Assembly: GCA_050246815.1 (NCBI GenBank)
Contig: JBFWVI010000005.1
Location: 1 to 64,000, forward strand
Length of the DNA: 64,000 bases
Direction: 5' to 3'
Source of the DNA: Bdellovibrionales bacterium
GTDB lineage: Bacteria > Bdellovibrionota > Bdellovibrionia > Bdellovibrionales > UBA1609
Position numbers and translations under genes: made by a program. A model generated the notes under the pieces. The model did not search any database and was not told the DNA's origin. It saw only the letters and a list, made by a program, of their open reading frames with translations. This document shows positions 43,294 through 52,574 of this stretch, one piece after another (within the stretch, counting starts at the first letter, position 1; every line of letters begins with the position of its first letter).

Positions 43294-44400
43294 TTAAAAA
43301 GAACTCATGACCCTCAAGCGATTGGCCATAATATGATCCCGCAACCTGGTCCGGTGCTCGGGCCAGGTCCCAGCAAGACTGCTCTGAGAGATTTTTTCGG
43401 CCTCTTCCAAATGGCTTAAAAAACTGAGTGCACGCACATACATCTGCGGCGGGTTAAATAAAGTCGATTTAAAGTGGTCGCGCAACCAATCCAAAGGACT
43501 AACTTCATTGCGGCCCCGCGGGTTTTTTAAATCTTTTAGAATATGTCCCAAAATCAAGTCGGCCACGGCATCGACGCGCCCCTGGTCACCCGACAGCACC
43601 GACAAAACTAAAAAACCAACCATGCCGGTGACGTGATCCACGTCCCGCACCAGTTCCGCTTCGATTTGCTTCAGCTTCGGCTCAAGAATGGTTTTTTCAA
43701 ACTCGGTGTTTTGCGAGTCTTCGCGCAAATATTGGCGCAACGCTAAAAAGGCCTGCACCCGCTTTTGCAAAAAAATCCGGTATTCTTCAGGCAAAAGCAA
43801 ACTGGCCAGATGCAAAAAATCGTGCAGGTAGTGATTCATGTTTTTACGCGGCGAGGCCAATGGCAAAAGCACGTCCCCCGTGCTGCCAAAATGAATTAGA
43901 TACTGCAACCGACTGACAGCCCGTTGAGCATAAAAGCCCACCGACCATTGCGGAAGCCGACTTTTCAATTGCGACACATTTTTGATCAACTCCTCGGGCA
44001 GTGGTGCCCTTAAGCTATTGCCTTCGAGCCAAAAGCCAAGACTTTTGCCCGCCGCCGGGCCAAAAATCACCAGCGGCCAACGCACGTCGCCCAGTGGATC
44101 CACATCGCCGATGGTGGTGAAATTCGACAGCCATCGCCCCAGCAGACTTTCAATCAGCAAATGCTCGTCAGCGTGATTCTCGGTCTCGACCCAATAGACT
44201 TTGATCGGAGCCTGCAGATCACTTGGGGTATCGGGGTCTTCTGAAAACAAGGTGTCCACATGGGTATGAAACTCATCGACGACTTGGCTTAACCACAAAT
44301 CGCAAGTCCCTGGCTCGGTTTCTTCAGCCCAAACCTGGAAGCACAAGACCAGCAACACAAAAGAAAGACATCTTAAGAAATAAACCCCGCCCACAAACAA
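43294..44400 (-). CDS. Secreted hypothetical protein
   Basis: 368-aa ORF, signal peptide ending VWA|EE, HDFLH motif; start uncertain. Confidence 0.7.
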   Translation of the reverse strand: MFVGGVYFLRCLSFVLLVLCFQVWAEETEPGTCDLWLSQVVDEFHTHVDTLFSEDPDTPSDLQAPIKVYWVETENHADEHLLIESLLGRWLSNFTTIGDVDPLGDVRWPLVIFGPAAGKSLGFWLEGNSLRAPLPEELIKNVSQLKSRLPQWSVGFYAQRAVSRLQYLIHFGSTGDVLLPLASPRKNMNHYLHDFLHLASLLLPEEYRIFLQKRVQAFLALRQYLREDSQNTEFEKTILEPKLKQIEAELVRDVDHVTGMVGFLVLSVLSGDQGRVDAVADLILGHILKDLKNPRGRNEVSPLDWLRDHFKSTLFNPPQMYVRALSFLSHLEEAEKISQSSLAGTWPEHRTRLRDHIMANRLRVMSSF

Positions 44401-44414
44401 ACCTTTGCCTCACA

Positions 44415-44448
44415 AAACAAAAACGGCTCTGCCTTTTCAACAGAGCCG
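44415..44448 (-). terminator. Intrinsic terminator after the sigma54 activator gene
   Basis: CGGCTCTG-N9-CAGAGCCG followed by TTTTTGTTTT on the minus strand. Confidence 0.7.
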
Positions 44449-44483
44449 CGTCGCCCTCAAAGAGAAACCTGAATTTAAAAAAT

Positions 44484-45569
44484 CTAGTTCACACCCGGAG
44501 TTTTGATTCCCGGCATCGGCTTGGTGTGAACCGCATAGCGTTCAAACTCGCCGTACTCATGCAATTTGTTGTAAAGCGTCTTGATGGTGATACCCAGTGC
44601 ATTGGCGGCCTGAGTTTTATTGCCGTCAAAGTAGTTCAGGGCCTTCAAGATGTAGCGCTTTTCAAGTTCGTGCAGGGTCATCGTGGGATCGTAATCGTCG
44701 ATCACGATCTTTTGATCCGGGTTTTTAATATGCTCAGGCAAATCGCCCGGCATGATCACATGGCCTTCCGACAAGATCTGCAGGCGCTCACAAACGTTTT
44801 GCAGTTCTCGGATATTTCCCGGCCAGTCGTATTTCATCAAGATTTTCATCGCGTCTTCTGACATCTGACGGCCGCGGTTCAGCATGCCGGTCTGATTGTG
44901 CGCCAAGAAGTACTCGACCAAAGATTGAATATCTTCTTTACGACGACGAAGCGGCGGCGAATGCACCATGATGGTGTTAATACGATAGAACAGGTCTTCG
45001 CGGAAATTGCCGCGAACCACTTCTTTATCCAATTCTTTATTCGTGGCGCTGAGCAGCCGGATGTCGACCTTGATCGGATCCTTGCCACCCACGCGATAGA
45101 TTTCGCCCTCTTGCAAGAAGCGCAAAAGCTTCGACTGAATACCAGGGCTCAATTCGCCAATTTCATCCAAGAACAAGGTCCCGCCGGTGGCCACTTCAGC
45201 CAAACCGATCTTGCGCGAGTAAGCACCAGTAAAGGCGCCTTTCTCGTGACCGAACAATTCGCTTTCTAAAAGAGTTTCACGTAAAGCGCCGCAGTTGATC
45301 GCCACAAAAGGCTTGTGACGACGGTTGCTGCGTTCATGAATGGCATTGGCGATCAGTTCTTTACCTGTGCCGCTTTCGCCCAAAACCAAAACGGTGGCGT
45401 TCGAAGGTGCCACGCGATCCACCATGCGCATCAACTGACGCATGACTTCCGATTTGAAGACGATTTTCTTGTTGCTGTCGACCATGGTCGAACCAGTCAA
45501 AGTCGTTGAGCTCGGCAAAGCCTGATTCTCAACCGGAGGTAGGATCGAGGTCTTATCAACTCCAGACAT
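44484..45569 (-). CDS. Sigma54-dependent activator lacking an N-terminal regulatory domain
   Basis: GESGTGKE, GAFTGA, LFLDEIG, WPGNIREL, Fis HTH; only about 35 aa precede the AAA+ domain. Confidence 0.92.
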   Translation of the reverse strand: MSGVDKTSILPPVENQALPSSTTLTGSTMVDSNKKIVFKSEVMRQLMRMVDRVAPSNATVLVLGESGTGKELIANAIHERSNRRHKPFVAINCGALRETLLESELFGHEKGAFTGAYSRKIGLAEVATGGTLFLDEIGELSPGIQSKLLRFLQEGEIYRVGGKDPIKVDIRLLSATNKELDKEVVRGNFREDLFYRINTIMVHSPPLRRRKEDIQSLVEYFLAHNQTGMLNRGRQMSEDAMKILMKYDWPGNIRELQNVCERLQILSEGHVIMPGDLPEHIKNPDQKIVIDDYDPTMTLHELEKRYILKALNYFDGNKTQAANALGITIKTLYNKLHEYGEFERYAVHTKPMPGIKTPGVN

Positions 45570-45736
45570 ACGTACAGCCCCTTCGCTTTAGTTTTTAATA
45601 AGATCCGATTAAGGACCCGCTACTAACGTTCTGCAGCAATAACGTAACACGGCGTTCTAACAGATGCTTAATATGTAAGCAAGGCAATTTTGCACGGCGC
45701 AGTGAAGGAATTCTAAGCCTATGATATGACCTAGTA

Positions 45737-46717
45737 ATGCCCCAAACGCCCCAGACGAACCTAGCCTTGCTGGCTATTAACTATCTGAAACACCAGCACT
45801 TTGTAAGAGCTGCATCGACAGGTACTTCCAAGTCTTATGCCAATGACCTCAGCCAATTCTTACACCCATTTGGTATAAAAACGATTTTATACGCTCCTGA
45901 GAGCAGTAGAGTTTTTACTGTCGTGTTTTCTAACGGATTTGAAAATTTTTCAGAGTCCTCTCCTGCGCAAATTGTCAGCCCAGAGACGCTTTATGACCTT
46001 TTAAGAGTGGCCCAAGAACGTTGGCGATGGCTTGCGACGGCCTCCCGAAATCGCAAACTGGCATGCCTGAAAAGCTTCTTTAAATGGCTTTACCAAGAAA
46101 GATGGCTCGAAAAGGACATGGCCGCCCAGGTGATCATGCCCAAGGTGCCCACCCGTCTTCCCCACTTCATCGCCGTGGACGAAGCCTTGAACGTGATCCG
46201 TACACTAGAAGCTCAAGGTCCCCCAGCCCGTGAACGCCTGGCCTTGATCCTTCTATTATATGGAGGCGGTCTTCGGGTCAGCGAGGCCTGCACCCTAGCC
46301 TGGAAGAATATCGACCCAAAAGCGCGCACCATCAAGGTGTTGGGTAAAGGGAGCAAGGAGCGCCTGGTTGCCCTGCCGGATTTATGCTGGCCCACTTTAA
46401 GTGGGCTTGAGCGGCGAGGGGCTTATGTTTTTGGCGAGCGCCCATTGAGCCCGCGCAAGGCTTATCAGATGGTGCGCGAAGCAGGCGCCTTGTGTGGGCT
46501 GATCAAACCTTTACATCCTCACGCACTTCGGCACTCCTACGCCACTCACTTGCTGGCGGATGGCGCTGATTTACGTGTGCTGCAAGAGTTGTTGGGCCAC
46601 AGCTCCCTGACCGCCACACAAAAATATACTCATCTTTCAGTGGATCATTTGGCGCGATCCTTAGAACAACATCATCCGCTTTCAAAAGAAGATTCCACCG
46701 ACAAAACCTCTGACTAA
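45737..46717 (+). CDS. Tyrosine recombinase, XerC/XerD-like
   Basis: GLRVSE, GKGSKER, HPHALRHSYATHLL, LLGH, TQKYTH. Confidence 0.9.
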   Translation: MPQTPQTNLALLAINYLKHQHFVRAASTGTSKSYANDLSQFLHPFGIKTILYAPESSRVFTVVFSNGFENFSESSPAQIVSPETLYDLLRVAQERWRWLATASRNRKLACLKSFFKWLYQERWLEKDMAAQVIMPKVPTRLPHFIAVDEALNVIRTLEAQGPPARERLALILLLYGGGLRVSEACTLAWKNIDPKARTIKVLGKGSKERLVALPDLCWPTLSGLERRGAYVFGERPLSPRKAYQMVREAGALCGLIKPLHPHALRHSYATHLLADGADLRVLQELLGHSSLTATQKYTHLSVDHLARSLEQHHPLSKEDSTDKTSD

Positions 46718-46777
46718 CAGCGCCCCGGCTAGACGACATCAGCGAAGCTTGTTAAGCAGGACTAGTGAGGGCCTGAA

Positions 46778-47314
46778 GTGAAACGCAAAGCCGTATTTTT
46801 GGATCGCGATGGAACCCTGATCGTCGATCGTATTTATCTTAACGACGTAAAACAAATCGAATACCTGCCCGGAGTATTCACTGCACTACGCCTGCTGCGC
46901 GACCACGGCTATGTTTTTTTGATCGCCACCAATCAATCAGGCGTGGCCCGTGGCATAGTGGATATTGGAAATCTGTACGCTATCCACTCCCAAATTAAAG
47001 CCGACTTTGCCCGTGAAGGTGTGGACCTGCTCGAGTTCTATTATGCCCCTTATATGACCGACACCAATCACCCTTTGCGTAAACCCAACCCCGGTATGCT
47101 TGAACGTGGCGCCTGGGACTACAATGTGGATTTGCGACAAAGCTGGATGGTCGGCGATCGCATGACCGACGTTGAAGCGGGCCATCGCGCCGGATGCAAA
47201 AGTGCGCTGATGGGAGTGCAAGAATCTCCGCAAGGGTCTTCATACGCAGCCCCCGAAATTCACGCCCCTGGCTTATATGACGTGGCTGAGCAGATTTTAG
47301 CCTTCTCAATCTGA
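46778..47314 (+). CDS. gmhB: D-glycero-D-manno-heptose-1,7-bisphosphate phosphatase (HAD-IIIA)
   Basis: FLDRDGTL, TNQSGVARG, RKPNPGML, MVGDRMTD. Confidence 0.85.
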   Translation: MKRKAVFLDRDGTLIVDRIYLNDVKQIEYLPGVFTALRLLRDHGYVFLIATNQSGVARGIVDIGNLYAIHSQIKADFAREGVDLLEFYYAPYMTDTNHPLRKPNPGMLERGAWDYNVDLRQSWMVGDRMTDVEAGHRAGCKSALMGVQESPQGSSYAAPEIHAPGLYDVAEQILAFSI

Positions 47315-47400
47315 GACGATGAAAGGTTGCTCACATTTGTATCGAGGAGCGATTTAAGAGAGGCTTCTCAACTTGGAGCGTCTTGGCTTGGGATACTTGA

Positions 47401-47428
47401 TCAAGTTCAAGTCCTTAAAAACCGAAAA
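47401..47428 (+). promoter_or_regulatory. Possible sigma28-type promoter
   Basis: TCAAG-N15-ACCGAAAA 40 nt before the FecR-domain gene; resembles the flagellin promoter. Confidence 0.4.
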
Positions 47429-47467
47429 ATAATCATAGCCTTAGCTGTGCTTTGAGGAGAGGTTTTT

Positions 47468-48637
47468 ATGGCCTTTTATAGAACGTTTGTGGTGCTTTCT
47501 CTGAGCCTAACTTTTGCCGCCGTCACGCCTGCTTGGGCCGCCGAAGCTCATGGGGTCTTGCAAGTGGTCAAGGGCAACGTGCAAGTCAAGTCCGCCAAAG
47601 ATGGCAAAATCAGCAAAGCCAAAGTCGGCGCTAAAATTTTCTCAAAAGACACTATTATCACGGGCAAAGATTCACGTGCCAAAATCGTGATGGTCGACAA
47701 CAACGTGATCAATGTTTCACCCGACACCCATTTGGAAATCCAAAATTACGAATACAAACCCGAGCAGGGCAAAAAAGACGTTCTGCTGAATGTGCTGTAC
47801 GGTAAAGTCCGCTCGAAAGTGGAGCAAAAATACGACGGCAAAAGCAGCAAATTCGAGCTGAAAACGCCGACCGCCGTGGCCGGTGTGCGCGGCACGGATT
47901 TTATGGCGGGATATTCGCCTACGACCAACTCTTCTTCGATCGTCACTTTTGAAGGTAGCGTGGCCTTCGGTCAACCAGGACCAAACGGCACCATTTTGAA
48001 TCCAGTGTCGGTGACACCGGGGCTCACCAGCGAGATGGTGGGCAATCAGCCGCCACCTCCACCTCGCCCCGTGCCGCCTCAGCAGCTGGCGGCTTTGGAT
48101 CGTGACACCAAGGCAGATGCTCCAGCCGCGCCACCGGCCGCAGGCCCGGGTGAACCGCGCACTCCAGCAGCGCAAGAGAAAAATGAAGATAAGAAAGACC
48201 AACCAAATCAGCCTCAACAGCCTGGCGCGGCAAATGAAAATAAAGAAAACAAGGACAACAAACAAGTAAGCAATCCCAACAATAGTGGTGGTGGAACAGC
48301 CGCTGCAGGCCGCGCCGTAGGCAGTGCAGTTGGCGCGTCCGCGAGTGCTGCTGGCAATACGGCCGGCGGCACGACGGCGACACCTTCACCAGGCACAGGA
48401 CCCGGCATGCCCGCCGTTGGTCGTGAGCCCGCTTCGATCGGTGGGGGGGGCTCGATGTTGTTGCCCTCCGATTTTGCCGGCGCGCCAACCGCCAATGTCT
48501 TGCCCAACTTAGGAAGCGTGATGCCCATAATTCCCTCGGTGAATCTGCCTGCTCTGCCAACCAATACAATTTGCGATTTCTGCAATCGCTTGATCGAAGA
48601 CGGCAACAACACACTGATCATTCGCGTGAATCACTAA
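47468..48637 (+). CDS. Secreted FecR-domain protein with a Pro/Ala/Gly-rich linker
   Basis: Signal peptide ending AWA|AE; DTIITGKDSRA, TPTAVAGVRGTDF, FEGSV; C-terminal CDFC. Confidence 0.85.
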   Translation: MAFYRTFVVLSLSLTFAAVTPAWAAEAHGVLQVVKGNVQVKSAKDGKISKAKVGAKIFSKDTIITGKDSRAKIVMVDNNVINVSPDTHLEIQNYEYKPEQGKKDVLLNVLYGKVRSKVEQKYDGKSSKFELKTPTAVAGVRGTDFMAGYSPTTNSSSIVTFEGSVAFGQPGPNGTILNPVSVTPGLTSEMVGNQPPPPPRPVPPQQLAALDRDTKADAPAAPPAAGPGEPRTPAAQEKNEDKKDQPNQPQQPGAANENKENKDNKQVSNPNNSGGGTAAAGRAVGSAVGASASAAGNTAGGTTATPSPGTGPGMPAVGREPASIGGGGSMLLPSDFAGAPTANVLPNLGSVMPIIPSVNLPALPTNTICDFCNRLIEDGNNTLIIRVNH

Positions 48638-48671
48638 AGTCCAGCGGGCAGTCGTGGCTAGACTTAGAAAT

Positions 48672-48700
48672 GGACCACCAAAAAAGTGGTCCTTTTTTTT
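48672..48700 (+). terminator. Intrinsic terminator/attenuator between the FecR and TPR genes
   Basis: GGACCAC-CAAAAAA-GTGGTCC followed by T8. Confidence 0.75.
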
Positions 48701-48747
48701 GCTTCTGCCTCTAAAATCAAAGAGTTATTTCAACTCTGGGGGCTTTC

Positions 48748-50862
48748 TTGGTGCAAACATCTGGCATTCGCATCTTGGCACTTTTTATACTGACGGCATC
48801 TTCTGCCCTTGCGCAAAACACGACACAACCAACGGTGCTCACAAAAGCCTCCGTGGGCCAACAAAACTTAAAAATCGTCTATGGATCACCCGCTTGGAAT
48901 TTAGACAGCACTCGACCAGATAGCGCGTTTTTATTCATGCGCGATAAAACCAGTGGCAAGATCGTCAAAATTCAACTTGAGGAGACCGAGCCCGACTCTT
49001 CGATTTTTTCGGGTAGTTTCGCCATCTCAATGGGCCCAAACGGCGGGGCCGTGGATCCCCAGGTTTATATTCCACCGCGCGACATGCGCAATAACGACGA
49101 AGCCGTAAAAAAATTCAATCAATTGCTTTCATCGGGTCAAATTCAGGCCAAACCCCTGGTGGTCAAGGCCAGCGACTCAGGCTCAAGAATGCTGGACGTC
49201 TACGACACCAAAGACCAAGTGGCCAAAGCGCAGCAGGCTTATGCCAATGAACAGCAGGCCAAGCTCGAGACCAAAAACTCTTTGACCAAACCCATCGTCA
49301 AAACCCAAGAACTTGAAACCGCAAAAAAAGCCGAGCAGCAGAACTTAATCAACCAACTGGCCATCGAAGCGGCCCAGCGCGAAGCAGATCGAGTGCGAAT
49401 CGAACAAATTGAAAGACAAAAAATCCTCGAACGAGAACGTGCGGCGAAGGCTCTCTCAGGCGCAGAGCGCGACAACCGCAAAAAGAAGGCTGCAGAATTC
49501 GCTGCACAAGCGCTTCAGCACTACCAAAAGGGCGAGTTCCAACAAGCTGAAGAAAAATTTAGAAAGAGCGTTGAACTTGATCCCGAGGACAAATCCTACT
49601 ACTTCCGTTATGGCGTTACCTTGTATCGCACCGAAAAATTCAACGACGCGTTAGTGACCATGAAACTCTCACCGCAGGACTCCAAAACCGAATTAGAAAA
49701 AAAATACTACATGGGCTTGATCCACTTGCGATTGAAAGAGCTGGATCCGGCCCTTTTACTGATGAAAGAGGTGGGCGGTCAAAAGCAATCTGAATTGGCC
49801 GCTTCTGCCGCATTTTACGAAGGCATTATCCATTTCACCAAAGAAGACTACGAGGCTTCACGTGAGCCCTTTGAGCGCGTTCTTGACACCTCAACAGATC
49901 CCCGTTTGGATGCTCAAGCTGAAGAGTATTTGGACAAGTTGAGCGCCTTGATTCAGCAGAAAAAAATGATGTCCAAACGCTGGTTCTTGAGTGGCATGAT
50001 CGGCACCATCTACGACTCTAACGTGTTGTATGCGCCTGACACCGAAACCACCCAAGGTGGCGCGACGGCAGAAGGTGACATCCGTCTGCAGGCGTCGGCC
50101 GATGCCGAATACCGTCCGGTCTACAACAACACCCACGAGGCCGGAGTCAAAGCCATGGGGTATTACATGGTGTCGTCCAAAGATGAGGTGTCGCGTGCCG
50201 ACCCTTTCTTGCTGAACCTAGCCGTTCCCTATAGCTACAAGGGCAATGTGTTTGGCAAAGGCTCTAAGGCCGGTTTTAAACCGGGTTTTGAAATGGTCTA
50301 CATGGACGCCAATGTTGATGGCGATCGCGAACTTGTTCTGCAATCCATTTTGCTGAATATGGACAACACCTTTGTTATGCGCAAAGATTGGTTTGCGAAC
50401 TATTCTCTTGAACTTCGCAACGACGACTCAAAAACCGAAGACTCCACCGGCGACAACAACGCCGATGCGGTCAAGATCAGCTTACGCACATCACAGACCT
50501 TCCTGCTGGACAAAGCTATGAAACAAGGTTTGATCGGTTCGGCTGGTTATGTGCTCAATCAAGCTAAGGGCGACAACAAGTCCTATAGTCGCTACGAGTT
50601 AGGCGTGATGTACATGAAACCCACGCGCTGGGACGCCCTCTGGAACATCGGCCTGTCGCTTTATTCGCTGAAGTTCGACAAAGCCGACACAGACCGCAAA
50701 GACACCAACGTCACCTTTTCAACCGGCCTAACCAAGCCAATTAAAGAGTGGGTCAGCTGGAACGTCAGCGGCTCTTATAGCAACAATGCCTCAAGTGAAT
50801 CGGACAATCAGTACAGCCGCTACACCTTGTCGGCTTCAATGATTTTTAATTATTCGCTTTAG
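48748..50862 (+). CDS. TPR-repeat protein with a C-terminal outer-membrane beta-barrel
   Basis: Signal peptide, coiled coil, TPRs (AEEKFRKSVELDP, YYMG, FYEG), then YDSNV and amphipathic strands ending FNYSL. Confidence 0.8.
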   Translation: MVQTSGIRILALFILTASSALAQNTTQPTVLTKASVGQQNLKIVYGSPAWNLDSTRPDSAFLFMRDKTSGKIVKIQLEETEPDSSIFSGSFAISMGPNGGAVDPQVYIPPRDMRNNDEAVKKFNQLLSSGQIQAKPLVVKASDSGSRMLDVYDTKDQVAKAQQAYANEQQAKLETKNSLTKPIVKTQELETAKKAEQQNLINQLAIEAAQREADRVRIEQIERQKILERERAAKALSGAERDNRKKKAAEFAAQALQHYQKGEFQQAEEKFRKSVELDPEDKSYYFRYGVTLYRTEKFNDALVTMKLSPQDSKTELEKKYYMGLIHLRLKELDPALLLMKEVGGQKQSELAASAAFYEGIIHFTKEDYEASREPFERVLDTSTDPRLDAQAEEYLDKLSALIQQKKMMSKRWFLSGMIGTIYDSNVLYAPDTETTQGGATAEGDIRLQASADAEYRPVYNNTHEAGVKAMGYYMVSSKDEVSRADPFLLNLAVPYSYKGNVFGKGSKAGFKPGFEMVYMDANVDGDRELVLQSILLNMDNTFVMRKDWFANYSLELRNDDSKTEDSTGDNNADAVKISLRTSQTFLLDKAMKQGLIGSAGYVLNQAKGDNKSYSRYELGVMYMKPTRWDALWNIGLSLYSLKFDKADTDRKDTNVTFSTGLTKPIKEWVSWNVSGSYSNNASSESDNQYSRYTLSASMIFNYSL

Positions 50863-51592
50863 GATCTTGCGGCGGGTGGTTCTCAAGCCACTGCTCGCAA
50901 AAGATTTTGTACATGGCTTTGCCGTCGGCGATAAAAGCCACGCGCTTTCGCTCTTCGGGGCTAAGCTCATCAAACAAGTAATCGTCATCCACCATCACCA
51001 ATCTCTGAGTGGGCTCGGCTTCGATCAGATAGTCGTCCGTCAGCAGATCGGCCAAAGTCTTCCCCTTAAGAGCGGCCCGCCGATAGTAGCCGGCAAAGTG
51101 GTCCAAAACGATCAGCTTTTTTGTTGGCACCAGCTTCACATGCAACAAGGGATCGCGCTCTTGGGATAGATCCAGCATTTGTGACACTTCACTAGGGTTG
51201 TTATTTTGACTCATACGCGAGCCCAAAAAGTCCAACCACAATTGCAAAAGCTCGGTTGTGCCGTCACCAGGCTTTGTGCGCAACCAAAGAGTGACTGGGC
51301 GCGGAGGTATTTTAAAACGATCTAAAAGCGCCACCGGATACCAATAAGAATAAAAAATATCAAAAGCCAAGGCCTGCTGAGTCTCGGTCAAAGTCCTCTT
51401 GGCAAACCGCTGTGTGAACTCATTGAACAGCGTCAAGGATTTTTGAGCCATATCCACACCACGACTTTGCTCGTGTTCAAATGCCTTTTTCAAATGAGGG
51501 GGCACTTGCTTTGGCGAGGCCCATGCCAGAATTGAAAATGGCAAAAGAGCAAAAATCAGAAAGGTTAACAAGACTTTAATTCTTTGCGTCAT
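50846..51592 (-). CDS. Secreted hypothetical protein
   Basis: SD AAGGGG, signal peptide ending AWA|SP; 248 aa. Confidence 0.7.
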   Translation of the reverse strand: MTQRIKVLLTFLIFALLPFSILAWASPKQVPPHLKKAFEHEQSRGVDMAQKSLTLFNEFTQRFAKRTLTETQQALAFDIFYSYWYPVALLDRFKIPPRPVTLWLRTKPGDGTTELLQLWLDFLGSRMSQNNNPSEVSQMLDLSQERDPLLHVKLVPTKKLIVLDHFAGYYRRAALKGKTLADLLTDDYLIEAEPTQRLVMVDDDYLFDELSPEERKRVAFIADGKAMYKIFCEQWLENHPPQDPKANN

Positions 51593-51717
51593 TTCCCCTT
51601 TATAAAGTATCCAAGCCCAATTTTCATCCCTGTTTTATACTTCTTGCCCCTAATGCGCATGGCCGTGAAACGCTTACAGGCGCCATGACCTTAAAGCCCA
51701 TTAAATCTGTGCTGGGC

Positions 51718-51734
51718 CTGGCACCCGGTCTGCT
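51718..51734 (+). promoter_or_regulatory. Sigma54 (-24/-12) promoter
   Basis: CTGGCAC-CCGGT-CTGCT about 50 nt before ATG 51783. Confidence 0.7.
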
Positions 51735-51782
51735 TTTAGATTCCCTGACTCCAGTTTTGGGTAAGAAAGGGAGCTCAAGTAT

Positions 51783-52556
51783 ATGGGGACAAGGAGCCTA
51801 GGGGCTATCCTTCTAATATTGTTCGCCAAGGGTGCAGTGGCCGCTGACGGGGTTTGCTTTGCAGACCCCGAGCAGCTTTTTAAAAGCCAACCTAAGATCG
51901 CGGTTGTTTACGAGTGCAGCTCAAAAACTGAAAGCAAGCTTTGCACTTCGGATGTCGGTTCGGACTGTCAACGAGTGCACGTTGAAGCCGGTTTAGAGCG
52001 CTTGAATTCAAGCCGTTACATTTTGGGCAATAAAAACTCTGTGGCAGCTCAAAATCTGATCAAGAGTCAATCGCCGCGTAAGCAAGTGCTTGGCGCTTAC
52101 CTTTCGGCCATGGATTACAGCGAAGGTATTATTGTCGATCCTCTTTTGAGTATTCAGACCGGCCCGTATCCGCAAGTGATGGTGTCACCACAAGCCCTGA
52201 ATTCAAAATGCATGACCGCCATCGTGCAAGCGGCTTACAAGCTGCACACGTTCTTCCAAAACTACAGTTTCGTGGTGGACTCACATATTCAAAGCTGCCA
52301 GAACTTAAAAGACGGCATCCGACAATTGATCGCGCAGCGTGAAAAGGTGCAAGGCAACTTGAACCAATTCCATTCGCCGCTACACTCCGTGTTTTTGACC
52401 AACCGCACGCGTTTTGTGAATAAAGAAATCGGCCAAATGGGCTTGCACATCAATGTGGATCGTGAGGGTGAAATCCGCCGCCGCCTGATCGACTTTGAGG
52501 TCAGCGCCATTCCCACCGATTCGCCGCGAACGCGCTTGAGTGGTTTAAGCAATTAA
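51783..52556 (+). CDS. Secreted Cys-containing hypothetical protein
   Basis: SD GGGAG, signal peptide ending AVA|AD, six Cys. Confidence 0.75.
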   Translation: MGTRSLGAILLILFAKGAVAADGVCFADPEQLFKSQPKIAVVYECSSKTESKLCTSDVGSDCQRVHVEAGLERLNSSRYILGNKNSVAAQNLIKSQSPRKQVLGAYLSAMDYSEGIIVDPLLSIQTGPYPQVMVSPQALNSKCMTAIVQAAYKLHTFFQNYSFVVDSHIQSCQNLKDGIRQLIAQREKVQGNLNQFHSPLHSVFLTNRTRFVNKEIGQMGLHINVDREGEIRRRLIDFEVSAIPTDSPRTRLSGLSN

Positions 52557-52574
52557 CTTTTTAGGAGGTTTTTT

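Noticed and set aside
45737..46717. Tyrosine recombinase as the integrase of a prophage or island
   Set aside because: Xer-like size and motifs, housekeeping neighbour gmhB, and no att repeats, tRNA target or phage genes nearby
47304..47316. TCTCA-N3-TGAGA inverted repeat upstream of the FecR gene
   Set aside because: Could be an operator, but it is short, overlaps the gmhB stop, and has only imperfect echoes elsewhere
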